From an uncultured Candidatus Saccharibacteria bacterium (GTDB lineage Bacteria > Patescibacteriota > Saccharimonadia > Saccharimonadales > JAUPVS01): 64,000 nucleotides of DNA. The stretch is taken from NCBI GenBank assembly GCA_964410185.1, contig CAYPFM010000001.1, positions 272,860-336,859 of the forward strand. Reading direction: 5' to 3'. Below the pieces are notes generated by a model, which saw nothing but the letters and a program-made list of their open reading frames with translations, was not told the origin of the DNA and ran no database searches. Each line of letters begins with the position of its first letter. The stretch's first letter is position 1. The position numbers were made by a program, and so were the translations under genes. Below, in pieces: positions 28,225 through 36,186 of the stretch.

Positions 28225-29021
28225 GGATATTGTATCTTGGTGATGTTATGGCGGAGCCCGGCCTTAAGCTTATTGAGCAGGAGCTACCGACAATTAAAAA
28301 AGAACATGGTATTGATGTGGTTATTGCTCAGGCCGAAAACACGACCGACGGTAAAGGCCTTAGCAAGGCTGATTTTAAACGATTGCGGCAGGCTGGTGTT
28401 GATGCCTGTACGGGCGGGAATTGGACACTACATAACCCAGACATCTATGACTATTTGAATGACTCTCAGCAACCCGTTGTCCGTCCAGCCAACTACCCGG
28501 AGGGTACGCCTGGGCAGCGCTACAAGTACGTTGAAACGGCCAGGGGCAGGGTTTTAGTTATTAGTTTGCTCGGAGCGATTGTTGGCAAGGATGCTGATAA
28601 GCCAACCGACAATCCTCTACAAATAATTGATCAGATTTTAGAAGAAACAAAAGACCAGCCCAAAGTAGCCACCGTCGTTAATTTCCATGGTGACTTTAGT
28701 AGCGAGAAGGTAATTATTGGCCATTATCTCGATGGTCGAGTCAGCATGGTTGTTGGTGATCATTGGCATGTTCCAACCGCAGACGCCATGATTTTACCCA
28801 AAGGTACCGCCCACCAAAGTGATGTCGGTATGTGCGGGATTTTGGAAGGTAGCCTAGGCATTAGTTTTGATTCCGTCATACCGCGGTGGCGCGACGGTCA
28901 AAGAACTACTAATGTGATTGAGACCAAAGGCCCCAAACAACTCAACGCCGTTTTGGTGGAGGTGAATGAGCAAACTGGTTTGGCGACAGCAATCGAGACT
29001 ATTCGGCGAGTTGTCGACTAA
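28221..29021 (+). CDS. ymdB: YmdB-family metallophosphoesterase (2',3'-cyclic-nucleotide phosphodiesterase)
   Basis: MRILYLGDVMAEPG, AQAENTTDGKG, NFHGD. ATGA overlap with the HAD gene. The ORF-track start at 28149 was rejected. Confidence 0.85.
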   Translation: MRILYLGDVMAEPGLKLIEQELPTIKKEHGIDVVIAQAENTTDGKGLSKADFKRLRQAGVDACTGGNWTLHNPDIYDYLNDSQQPVVRPANYPEGTPGQRYKYVETARGRVLVISLLGAIVGKDADKPTDNPLQIIDQILEETKDQPKVATVVNFHGDFSSEKVIIGHYLDGRVSMVVGDHWHVPTADAMILPKGTAHQSDVGMCGILEGSLGISFDSVIPRWRDGQRTTNVIETKGPKQLNAVLVEVNEQTGLATAIETIRRVVD

Positions 29022-29206
29022 GCATCTTTGTTGCTGGTAAAGCCGACTGCCGAAATGACGACGCTGGCGGCCATGTCGATAATCACAATGGCGACAATTG
29101 GTAGCTCGTGATTGATGGCCATCAGGACGGCGCTACCGAGCCAGATGGTGGCAATAACTCCCGCGGTGTAGGGATATTTGATGAATAGAATAAATTCCTT
29201 AAGCAT
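29018..29206 (-). CDS. Hypothetical 62-aa two-TM protein
   Basis: Two hydrophobic spans; 8-nt overlap with the upstream ABC1 kinase gene. Confidence 0.5.
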   Translation of the reverse strand: MLKEFILFIKYPYTAGVIATIWLGSAVLMAINHELPIVAIVIIDMAASVVISAVGFTSNKDA

Positions 29207-30749
29207 GTGCTGGTTTCTCCTCTTTTAGTGGCTTGATTGGTTTAATATTGCCCATTTTAATCTTGGACATTAACTGGCGGAAAAGTGCCGGATCACGTTC
29301 GGCCACGCGTTCCAGCCACTTCATAATAATATCAATTGCATCACCAACCTCAATTTGATTATCAGCATCAGCAATTGCCTCAGGATATAGTTTTTGAACG
29401 TCAGTTACGACGCGGTCCATAACCTTTGGGATAACTTGCTGATAGCGACCAAGACTCGAAACGAGTGACGTGTAGGTTTGGACGGCCCGGAGAATGTCAC
29501 TGGCTTCCAACCGCATCACCAACCCAAAACGATTACCTTTGTTAACCAGCTTGTTAATAACACTTAAAGCTGTCGAGTCTTGGGTGAAGTTACCTTCGAT
29601 GATATCGGTGCCCGTTACTTCGGCAAAGGCTTGCGCGGCGAGTCCGCTAACCTCGCTCAAGTAGTCCTTGTCGTCTCCTTTGCCGTAAATCGAGGCAAGT
29701 TTTTTTAGGGCTCGGTATAAGTCACTGACAAAAAAGCGGAGACCTTGTTCAAATAAGCTGACTGCGGTTTGCGAACCTTTGAACAATTTGTCGTAGGCTT
29801 GCAACATGCCAAAGAAAGCGGCCTTTTCTGGCGGTGCTTGGGCGCTAATACCAAAGTCGATTAGCCCAACGCGGTCATCACTGAGTAGGCGAATGTTGCC
29901 TGGATGAGGGTCGCCTTGGATGCGATCGAGATAAAAAATGCCGAGTGTTGATTCGTATCCAAGCGTCCGGAGCTGCGTATCAAGATCAGAGCCGAGCATA
30001 TCGTAGACGTAGCCAACCGGGTCAACGCCTTGTTCTTTGAGTTTGACGAGCTGAGCTACCGAAATACCGGGCATAAAATCCTGGACAATGAGGTTGTCGG
30101 TACACAAATCCATGTGCGTTTTGGGAATGATGAATTTCGGATTGTCTTTGTAGGCGCGGTACATTTCGTCGGCAAAAGCGGCCTCGTGACGGTAGTCGGT
30201 CTCGCGTAAAGTGGCGTCGCGAAACTCTTTGAGGGCATCGTCCAGTTGCAAATTCATATTTTTGTAGAGTTTGGCGAAGAAGCCCTTACTAAAAGTAGAC
30301 AGTAAGCGTAAATCATAACGGAGTAACTCACGAACCATCGGGCGCAGAATCTTGATGACCACATAGTCACCGGTGTCCAACTGTGCATAGTAGACCTGTC
30401 CAAAACTGCCGGCTGCGAAAGGTTGTGGTTGCACCATAGTAATGCGCGATAACTGCTCAGCGTTCAACTCGCGGCGCAGAAAGTCGACTACATCCAGCGG
30501 CTCACTATCTAGGTTTTCAAATATTTTTAGTCGATCCGGATTTTGCCACTTGCGCAGAAACTTGCTGCGTAGCAGAATTCCTTGCAAAAACTTTATGTAG
30601 ACACCACCAAGGGCCACAAACTCATCACACAATAATGTTGCCATCTGCTCGTCTTTGCCGCGTTTGTGTAGATAGTAGCAACGTGTTGCCAAGCTAGCTA
30701 AACGACGGGTTCGGTAGCGTTTGATCGCGGCGATAGACTGCTGTTTCAT
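29199..30749 (-). CDS. ABC1/UbiB-family atypical protein kinase
   Basis: AAGSFGQVYYAQL, VVIKILRP, GDPHPGNIRLL, GLIDFG. Confidence 0.88.
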   Translation of the reverse strand: MKQQSIAAIKRYRTRRLASLATRCYYLHKRGKDEQMATLLCDEFVALGGVYIKFLQGILLRSKFLRKWQNPDRLKIFENLDSEPLDVVDFLRRELNAEQLSRITMVQPQPFAAGSFGQVYYAQLDTGDYVVIKILRPMVRELLRYDLRLLSTFSKGFFAKLYKNMNLQLDDALKEFRDATLRETDYRHEAAFADEMYRAYKDNPKFIIPKTHMDLCTDNLIVQDFMPGISVAQLVKLKEQGVDPVGYVYDMLGSDLDTQLRTLGYESTLGIFYLDRIQGDPHPGNIRLLSDDRVGLIDFGISAQAPPEKAAFFGMLQAYDKLFKGSQTAVSLFEQGLRFFVSDLYRALKKLASIYGKGDDKDYLSEVSGLAAQAFAEVTGTDIIEGNFTQDSTALSVINKLVNKGNRFGLVMRLEASDILRAVQTYTSLVSSLGRYQQVIPKVMDRVVTDVQKLYPEAIADADNQIEVGDAIDIIMKWLERVAERDPALFRQLMSKIKMGNIKPIKPLKEEKPAHA

Positions 30750-30752
30750 GGG

Positions 30753-30920
30753 CTACTTTCGTGCAAAGCCAATCAAGAACAAAACAACCGTCGAGACAAT
30801 CGCTGCGAGAAAAAGTTCAAAGACTTCATTGGAGCTGGTGCGAGTCAGGGCCATCAAAATCACGGCGATCCAGATGAGTAAAATCGTGAAAAAGATGGAA
30901 ATATACTTCATAGTGCTCAT
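30753..30920 (-). CDS. Possible 55-aa two-TM protein
   Basis: MSTMKYISIFFTILLIWIAVILMALTRTSSNEVFELFLAAIVSTVVLFLIGFARK. Its stop lies 3 nt before the ABC1 kinase ATG. Below the ORF-track cutoff. Confidence 0.45.
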   Translation of the reverse strand: MSTMKYISIFFTILLIWIAVILMALTRTSSNEVFELFLAAIVSTVVLFLIGFARK

Positions 30921-31019
30921 AATTATGCCACATTTATGAAACTTAGGCCATAGTTAGCCTAGTATTTCAAAGATATTTCCGTTATAATCTCCTCTGTTAA
31001 TCCGAAAGGATTGTTCCAT

Positions 31020-31095
31020 CGGGGTGTGGCGCAGTTGATAGCGCGCTCGGTTTGGGACCGAGAGGTCGAAGGTTTGAGTCCTTTCACCCCGACCA
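31020..31095 (+). tRNA. tRNA-Pro (anticodon UGG), CCA encoded
   Basis: CGGGGTG/CACCCCG acceptor, anticodon loop TTTGGGA; 76 nt. D-loop AGTTGATA and T-loop TTTGAGT. Confidence 0.93.
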
Positions 31096-31134
31096 AACAA
31101 AAACGACTTGTTGAAAGACAAGCCGTTTTTGTTT
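31096..31134 (+). terminator. Terminator hairpin after tRNA-Pro
   Basis: 17-bp stem with 1 mismatch (AAACAAAAACGACTTGT / ACAAGCCGTTTTTGTTT); the 3' arm is U-rich. Confidence 0.6.
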
Positions 31135-31199
31135 GGACTGTTATTGCTGAGCTGTTTTATGCAATTCTCTACGCTTTAGGATTATGAGCGAGGAGGCTA

Positions 31200-31610
31200 T
31201 TATGCCTCTTCTTTGGTTTTCTTTTTTCGTCGCTTGGCAAGAAGGAAGATGAATAAGCCGACGCCAAGTAAAAGCAGAAGTAAAGAAATACTAAAGAGCC
31301 AGTACTTTGATCGCATGCTCTCGGTCGTTGAGCTAGTTGTTTCTTTTTTGGTCAGACCTGCAGAATTTGAATTCGAATCCGCTGACTGGCTCGTTGTTGG
31401 GGTGCCATCCGAATTCCCGCTTGTGCTGTTAGCGTTGGCGTCGCAGGCACCATAATTATTCCCCCCATAGCTGCCACAAGTATAGGTTGGCGTAGCTGTG
31501 GCTGCTTGCGCAAACTGGGGTACGAGTGAGTTAACGCTAATGAGACCGGTAACGAGTAGAAGCAGGAAGGCAAGCGGCAGCAGGTACCTAAAACTAGCCT
31601 TCGTAATCAT
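31200..31610 (-). CDS. Hypothetical Ser/Thr-rich secreted protein with C-terminal TM anchor
   Basis: Signal peptide ...FAQA/AT, low-complexity S/T/N region, C-terminal hydrophobic span plus KRRKKKTKEEA. Confidence 0.6.
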   Translation of the reverse strand: MITKASFRYLLPLAFLLLLVTGLISVNSLVPQFAQAATATPTYTCGSYGGNNYGACDANANSTSGNSDGTPTTSQSADSNSNSAGLTKKETTSSTTESMRSKYWLFSISLLLLLLGVGLFIFLLAKRRKKKTKEEA

Positions 31611-31628
31611 AAGCTATATACTAGCAGT

Positions 31629-31715
31629 ATGATTTTTGTTTTACTAGTTGTTGTGATTTTGTACAATGCCACGGTCCTGGGCATCTGGCTTTACAACCGA
31701 AGAAGAAAACGTTGA
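31629..31715 (+). CDS. Possible 28-aa membrane peptide
   Basis: MIFVLLVVVILYNATVLGIWLYNRRRKR; TATACT (31617-31622)-N6-ATG. Speculative. Confidence 0.3.
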   Translation: MIFVLLVVVILYNATVLGIWLYNRRRKR

Positions 31716-31762
31716 CAGAGGTACGCAGAGGCGCCTATTATTAAGCATAAGTAATAAACTCT

Positions 31763-31972
31763 ATGAATAAACATCTGCAAACAATCGTGGAAAAGCCAAT
31801 GAATCGCAAGGAGTTCCTTGGGTATATTGGTGCCGCGCTGTTGGCGGTTGTTGGTGTCAGTGGCATGATCAAGGCGTTATTGCACCACAACGACACAAGC
31901 TCCTCTCACGCGGTCGCCGAAGGTTATGGTTCAACGGCCTATGGCGGTGACCAGCGACAGATACTTTCGTAA
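31763..31972 (+). CDS. Small protein with Tat-signal-like N-terminus (RK variant)
   Basis: MNRKEFLGYIGAALLAVVGVSG resembles S/T-R-R-x-F-L-K plus an h-region. 69 aa. Putative TTGACA-18-TATTAT promoter at 31712-31741. Confidence 0.55.
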   Translation: MNKHLQTIVEKPMNRKEFLGYIGAALLAVVGVSGMIKALLHHNDTSSSHAVAEGYGSTAYGGDQRQILS

Positions 31973-32046
31973 GAAAAACCTTTATATATCAACCTGTAAC
32001 TGTTAAGATTGTAATTGTTAATAGTAACTCTTGGAGGGTCAACAGG

Positions 32047-32223
32047 ATGTTTGGAAAAACCGAAGAACTGCTCATAGTTCTCTTAATTGTTCTCTTGTTG
32101 TTTGGGGCTAAAAAGCTTCCCGAACTAGCGCGTAGTATGGGTGAGTCAGTCAAGGAAGTTCGCAAGGGCTTTTCTGATGATGTAGCAGAACCCACAAAGT
32201 CAAAAAGCTCCAAAAAAGCCTAA
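32047..32223 (+). CDS. tatA: Twin-arginine translocase subunit TatA/E
   Basis: MFGKTEELLIVLLIVLLLFGAKKLPELARSMGESVKEVRKGF (58 aa); GGAGGG RBS. Below the ORF-track cutoff. Confidence 0.85.
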   Translation: MFGKTEELLIVLLIVLLLFGAKKLPELARSMGESVKEVRKGFSDDVAEPTKSKSSKKA

Positions 32224-32241
32224 TAGATAGAGGTTCTCAGG

Positions 32242-33225
32242 ATGGATGGGCAAGTTATTGAAGGACAGCTGACGTTTGCCGGGCATATTCATGAATTGCG
32301 ACGGCGTCTTACTTGGCCGGCCCTGATTTTAATAGTCGGCGCAGGCTTAGGCTATATTTTTCACGGCCCGATTATTAGCTTCCTTCAGGCGCCCCTCAAC
32401 CAAACGCTGTATTACAATACCCCAGCCGGTGGTTTTAACTTCATTATGAAGATTTGTTTTATTCTGGGCATTACACTGGCAATCCCTGTGCTGATATATA
32501 ACATCATCTCTTTTATTGAGCCGGCTGTAGAAAAGAAGATAACCCGAAAGATCATCACTTTTGTGACAATTTTGTCGTTGGTGCTGGGCTTAATGGGGGC
32601 AGCTTTTGCCTATTTTGTGGTGCTGCCAGTTTCGCTGAAGTTTTTTGGCAACGTCAACATCAGTGGTGTAAAGCCGCTCATATCAGCCGATGATTACTTA
32701 AACTTTGCCTTAACCTGTATTATTTCGTTCATTCTGCTTTTCCAAATCCCATTACTGGTGCTGTTTATAAACCACATTAAACCAATGTCGCCCCGCAAAC
32801 TGTTGAAGTACGAAAAATACGTTATTGTGGGAAGTTTGGCAATCGCACTAATTCTGCCTTTTACCTATGACCCTCTGTCTCAATTCCTGATCGCACTGCC
32901 TATCATCGTCCTCTATAACCTTTCGGTTGTCTTGGTTTGGATGGCCAACCGGGAGAAACGCAAGGTACGCAAACAGCGTCTTGCGGCCGAGGCTCGTGCC
33001 GCCGAGCCGCAGCCACAACCGGTGTTGCCGCCAGCTCCAGTGGTTGCAACGGTTATTGAGCCCGCACCAGTTCAGCCGCCAACCGCCATCAGGCGCACCT
33101 TCATGGAACCCGTCACCAGCGCTCCAGCTAAGCAGGTGCCTATCAAGCCACGACGACCAATGCTTGATGTGGTGGCGCGACCATTACAATCTCAGAACTT
33201 TCTTGATCTCAGGCTTAATAAGTAG
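32242..33225 (+). CDS. tatC: Twin-arginine translocase subunit TatC with Pro-rich C-terminal extension
   Basis: FAGHIHELRRRL, six TM spans, then about 90 aa of A/P/Q-rich tail. Confidence 0.92.
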   Translation: MDGQVIEGQLTFAGHIHELRRRLTWPALILIVGAGLGYIFHGPIISFLQAPLNQTLYYNTPAGGFNFIMKICFILGITLAIPVLIYNIISFIEPAVEKKITRKIITFVTILSLVLGLMGAAFAYFVVLPVSLKFFGNVNISGVKPLISADDYLNFALTCIISFILLFQIPLLVLFINHIKPMSPRKLLKYEKYVIVGSLAIALILPFTYDPLSQFLIALPIIVLYNLSVVLVWMANREKRKVRKQRLAAEARAAEPQPQPVLPPAPVVATVIEPAPVQPPTAIRRTFMEPVTSAPAKQVPIKPRRPMLDVVARPLQSQNFLDLRLNK

Positions 33226-33230
33226 TCGTC

Positions 33231-33899
33231 ATGGAGATGCTAATTGCGGGCGCAGTAGTTTTTGCGCTGCTAGTTACATCTGAGATTTTATGGCGTGCCC
33301 GGCTGGTGCGTGATGAATTTGCTAGGAAGTTTGTCCATATTAGCGTTGGGACATTCGTGGCCTTCTGGCCCTATTTTATGACCTGGCAACAGATAGAATT
33401 GATGTGCCTAGCCTTTTTGGTGACGATACTGACGGTCGGTTATCTCATGCGGTACTTGCCAAAGTACCTACATATCTTCCACGCCATACACGCGGTGTCA
33501 CGTAAGACGCGCGGGGAGGTATTCTTTCCTGTCGGCATTGGTTTGTCGGCAATGCTTATGCCGAGCCCGATTATTTTTACTGCGGCAATCCTGCACTTGT
33601 CCTTGGCCGATGGCTTCGCGGCAGTAATGGGTAAGCGATTTGGTGTGCTGCACCAGTACAAAGTGCGTAACTACACCAAGACATTGGCTGGCTCAGCGAC
33701 GTTCTATGTTGTTTCCACACTTATCGTCACGATGTCATTTGTCGTGAGCGGGACGCCAATTACCTGGCCCATTGTCCCGATCCTCGTTTGGTTACCATTG
33801 GCGGCTACGCTAGTAGAGAATGTGGCGGTTGGAGGAACTGATAATATTTTCGTTCCCCTCTTGGTGATTATTGTGTTACAGGCCAGTGGTCTGAGCTAA
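33231..33899 (+). CDS. CTP-dependent polyprenol/lipid kinase or cytidylyltransferase family membrane protein (CdsA / dolichol kinase-like)
   Basis: Polytopic; GKRFG...YTKTLAGSATFYV motif. Confidence 0.5.
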   Translation: MEMLIAGAVVFALLVTSEILWRARLVRDEFARKFVHISVGTFVAFWPYFMTWQQIELMCLAFLVTILTVGYLMRYLPKYLHIFHAIHAVSRKTRGEVFFPVGIGLSAMLMPSPIIFTAAILHLSLADGFAAVMGKRFGVLHQYKVRNYTKTLAGSATFYVVSTLIVTMSFVVSGTPITWPIVPILVWLPLAATLVENVAVGGTDNIFVPLLVIIVLQASGLS

Positions 33900-35740
33900 A
33901 GCAAGGGGTCTTTTTTGCGGAATGGCCCATGGGCTCGGAGGGCGTTGAAGATGACGGCGACGTCGACGACTTCCTGCAAGGCCGCGCCATAAATTGGCTT
34001 GAACTTACCGGTCGCGAAAACGAGCATCAGACCAAGACTAATAAAGATACCAATCAAGATGCTTTGCTTGGCGATAAAGAAGGTGCGCTTGGCAACCTCG
34101 AGGGCTGTGGCGACCCGACTCAAGTCATCGAGCATAATCACCACGTCGGCCGATTCGCTGGCTGCAGCGGAGCCACGGGCGCCCAGGGCGATGCCTACGT
34201 CGGCTGCGGTCAAGACTGGCGCATCGTTGACGCCGTCACCAACAAAGGCAATTGGACGATCGGTAATACCTTCTACGGCTGTGAGCTTGTCGGCGGGTAG
34301 ACAGTTGGCTTGGACGTCGGTAAGGCCAATCTTTTTGGCGATGGCATTAGCGCTAGCCGTATTATCGCCAGTAACCATTAGGATATGTTGAATGCCGGCA
34401 GCTTTAAGACGAGCAAGTGTTGACTTGGCTTCGGGGCGAAGCTCATCGGTAAACTCAATAACGCCAGCAAAAGTGTCGTTGATAGCGACAAAGGCAGTCG
34501 TGGCGGCTAGCTGCTGGAACGAGGCGGGAACGGCTATATCAGCTTTCTCTAGCATAGAAAAATTGCCCACCAATACCGGTTGACGATTGACCATGCCACG
34601 CAAACCATAACCAGCTTCTTCGTTTAAGCTTTTAACCTTGGCAAGCTTTAACTTTTCTTTGTTGGCGGCTTCGTCAATGGCGCGGGCCAACACGTGATTG
34701 GAGTTGTGTTCCAGGCTGGCGGCGGCGGTTAGTATGTCGGCGCTGCTAAAGCCGTTGGCGGTTTCGACCTTACCAACAACCGGGCGACCGACGGTTAGCG
34801 TGCCTGTCTTATCAAAGCCAATCGTTTTAACGGCGGCTAACTTTTCTAGTGAGGACCCCGTTTTTATAATAATGCCGTGCCGTGCTGCGCGGCTCATACC
34901 TGAAATAAGGGCAATTGGCGCTCCAAGCAGGAGTGGGCAAGGTGTGGCGACAACAATCACCTCTAGGAAGCGAATCGGATCACCGGAAGCCACCCAAACA
35001 CTGATAGCAATGACATAAGCCACAATGGTGAAGGGGATGCTGTAGCGGTCGGCCAGACGAACGAATGGTGACTGGTTGCCACTGGCACTGCGTACCAACT
35101 TAACGATTTGTTCATATTGACTGTCGGCGGCTTGGCGCAGAGCCTTGACGGTGATGACGCCGTCGAGGTTGACCGAACCACTCAACAGCTCTTGCCCAAT
35201 CTGCTTCTCGACCGGCAGGCTTTCGCCGGTTAAGCTCGACTCGTCTACACTGGTTTGCCCTTCCAGAATAATGGCATCCACAGGGATCAGTTCACCAGGT
35301 TTAATAAGAAGCTTGTCGCCCACCTGAACCTTGCTAGCGAGGATATCAATGGTCTTACCGCCTTTGAGCAGGTGAGCTTGCTTTGGTGCTCGACTTAACA
35401 GAGCATCCACTTCTGTTTTGGCCCGCCGTTCGGCGTAGTCCTCAAGAGCTTCACCACCCGTCAACATAAGGACGATGACCATACCGGCCCAATATTCGCC
35501 AAGCGCAACCGAGGCAATTATCGCTGTTGCGGCCAGGATGTCGACGCCGTAGCGCCCTTCACGAATGTCCTGAGCCATGCCCCAGAGCAACGGAATAACC
35601 GAAAGTGCTGCGGTGACACCTAAAACAATATGCGCCGCTTGATGGTGTTTTGTAAGATCAAGTACACCGCCGATGATGATGGTCAGAATAACAAGACCTA
35701 GCTGTTTGTAATGTGTAAAGAAGTGGATTATTTTTTTCAT
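33896..35740 (-). CDS. P1B-type heavy-metal ATPase without N-terminal metal-binding domain
   Basis: TGES, FDKTGTLT, GDGVNDAP. The TM6 motif reads ATPCP rather than CPC. Confidence 0.92.
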   Translation of the reverse strand: MKKIIHFFTHYKQLGLVILTIIIGGVLDLTKHHQAAHIVLGVTAALSVIPLLWGMAQDIREGRYGVDILAATAIIASVALGEYWAGMVIVLMLTGGEALEDYAERRAKTEVDALLSRAPKQAHLLKGGKTIDILASKVQVGDKLLIKPGELIPVDAIILEGQTSVDESSLTGESLPVEKQIGQELLSGSVNLDGVITVKALRQAADSQYEQIVKLVRSASGNQSPFVRLADRYSIPFTIVAYVIAISVWVASGDPIRFLEVIVVATPCPLLLGAPIALISGMSRAARHGIIIKTGSSLEKLAAVKTIGFDKTGTLTVGRPVVGKVETANGFSSADILTAAASLEHNSNHVLARAIDEAANKEKLKLAKVKSLNEEAGYGLRGMVNRQPVLVGNFSMLEKADIAVPASFQQLAATTAFVAINDTFAGVIEFTDELRPEAKSTLARLKAAGIQHILMVTGDNTASANAIAKKIGLTDVQANCLPADKLTAVEGITDRPIAFVGDGVNDAPVLTAADVGIALGARGSAAASESADVVIMLDDLSRVATALEVAKRTFFIAKQSILIGIFISLGLMLVFATGKFKPIYGAALQEVVDVAVIFNALRAHGPFRKKDPLL

Positions 35741-35811
35741 GTTCTAGCAGTATACCAAGAAGTGGCTGTCATCTGTACTCAAAACACCCTAAATCAAGTA
35801 CAATACTGCTT

Positions 35812-36186
35812 ATGGTGATACGGTTATATCTACGCTGGTGGTACGGCGCTGGCTGGCACTGGGCTGTACAACGCGCAATCGTTGGGCGACTGCAATGGTG
35901 TAACGAAACGTTTTCGATTTTGGCTCTGTTTCGAACATTGTTCGCACCGTTCAAGCAAACGTATAGCCAATCTGGGGGATCAATAGACATTCGTATCCAT
36001 GCCTTCTTTGACAATGTCATCTCTCGAATGGTTGGTTTTGTCTGCCGATTCTTTATTATCCTAACCGGTTTGTTGGCCTGTCTATTCGTTTTGGTTAGTG
36101 GGGTGCTATTTGTTGGGATCTGGCCACTGGCACCATTGTCTATACCAATTAGTCTGGTGATGATGGCCGTAGGAGTTGGGCGATGA
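35812..36186 (+). CDS. Hypothetical membrane protein coupled to the Clp-like ATPase
   Basis: 124 aa, two C-terminal TM spans; TACAAT-N7-ATG upstream; ATGA overlap with the downstream gene. Confidence 0.55.
   Translation: MVIRLYLRWWYGAGWHWAVQRAIVGRLQWCNETFSILALFRTLFAPFKQTYSQSGGSIDIRIHAFFDNVISRMVGFVCRFFIILTGLLACLFVLVSGVLFVGIWPLAPLSIPISLVMMAVGVGR

Noticed and set aside
33929-35327. Multiple 60-130-aa plus-strand ORFs antisense to the P-type ATPase
   Set aside because: These are Ala/Ser/Arg-rich translations typical of the antisense frame of a GC-moderate gene. There is no independent evidence for them.
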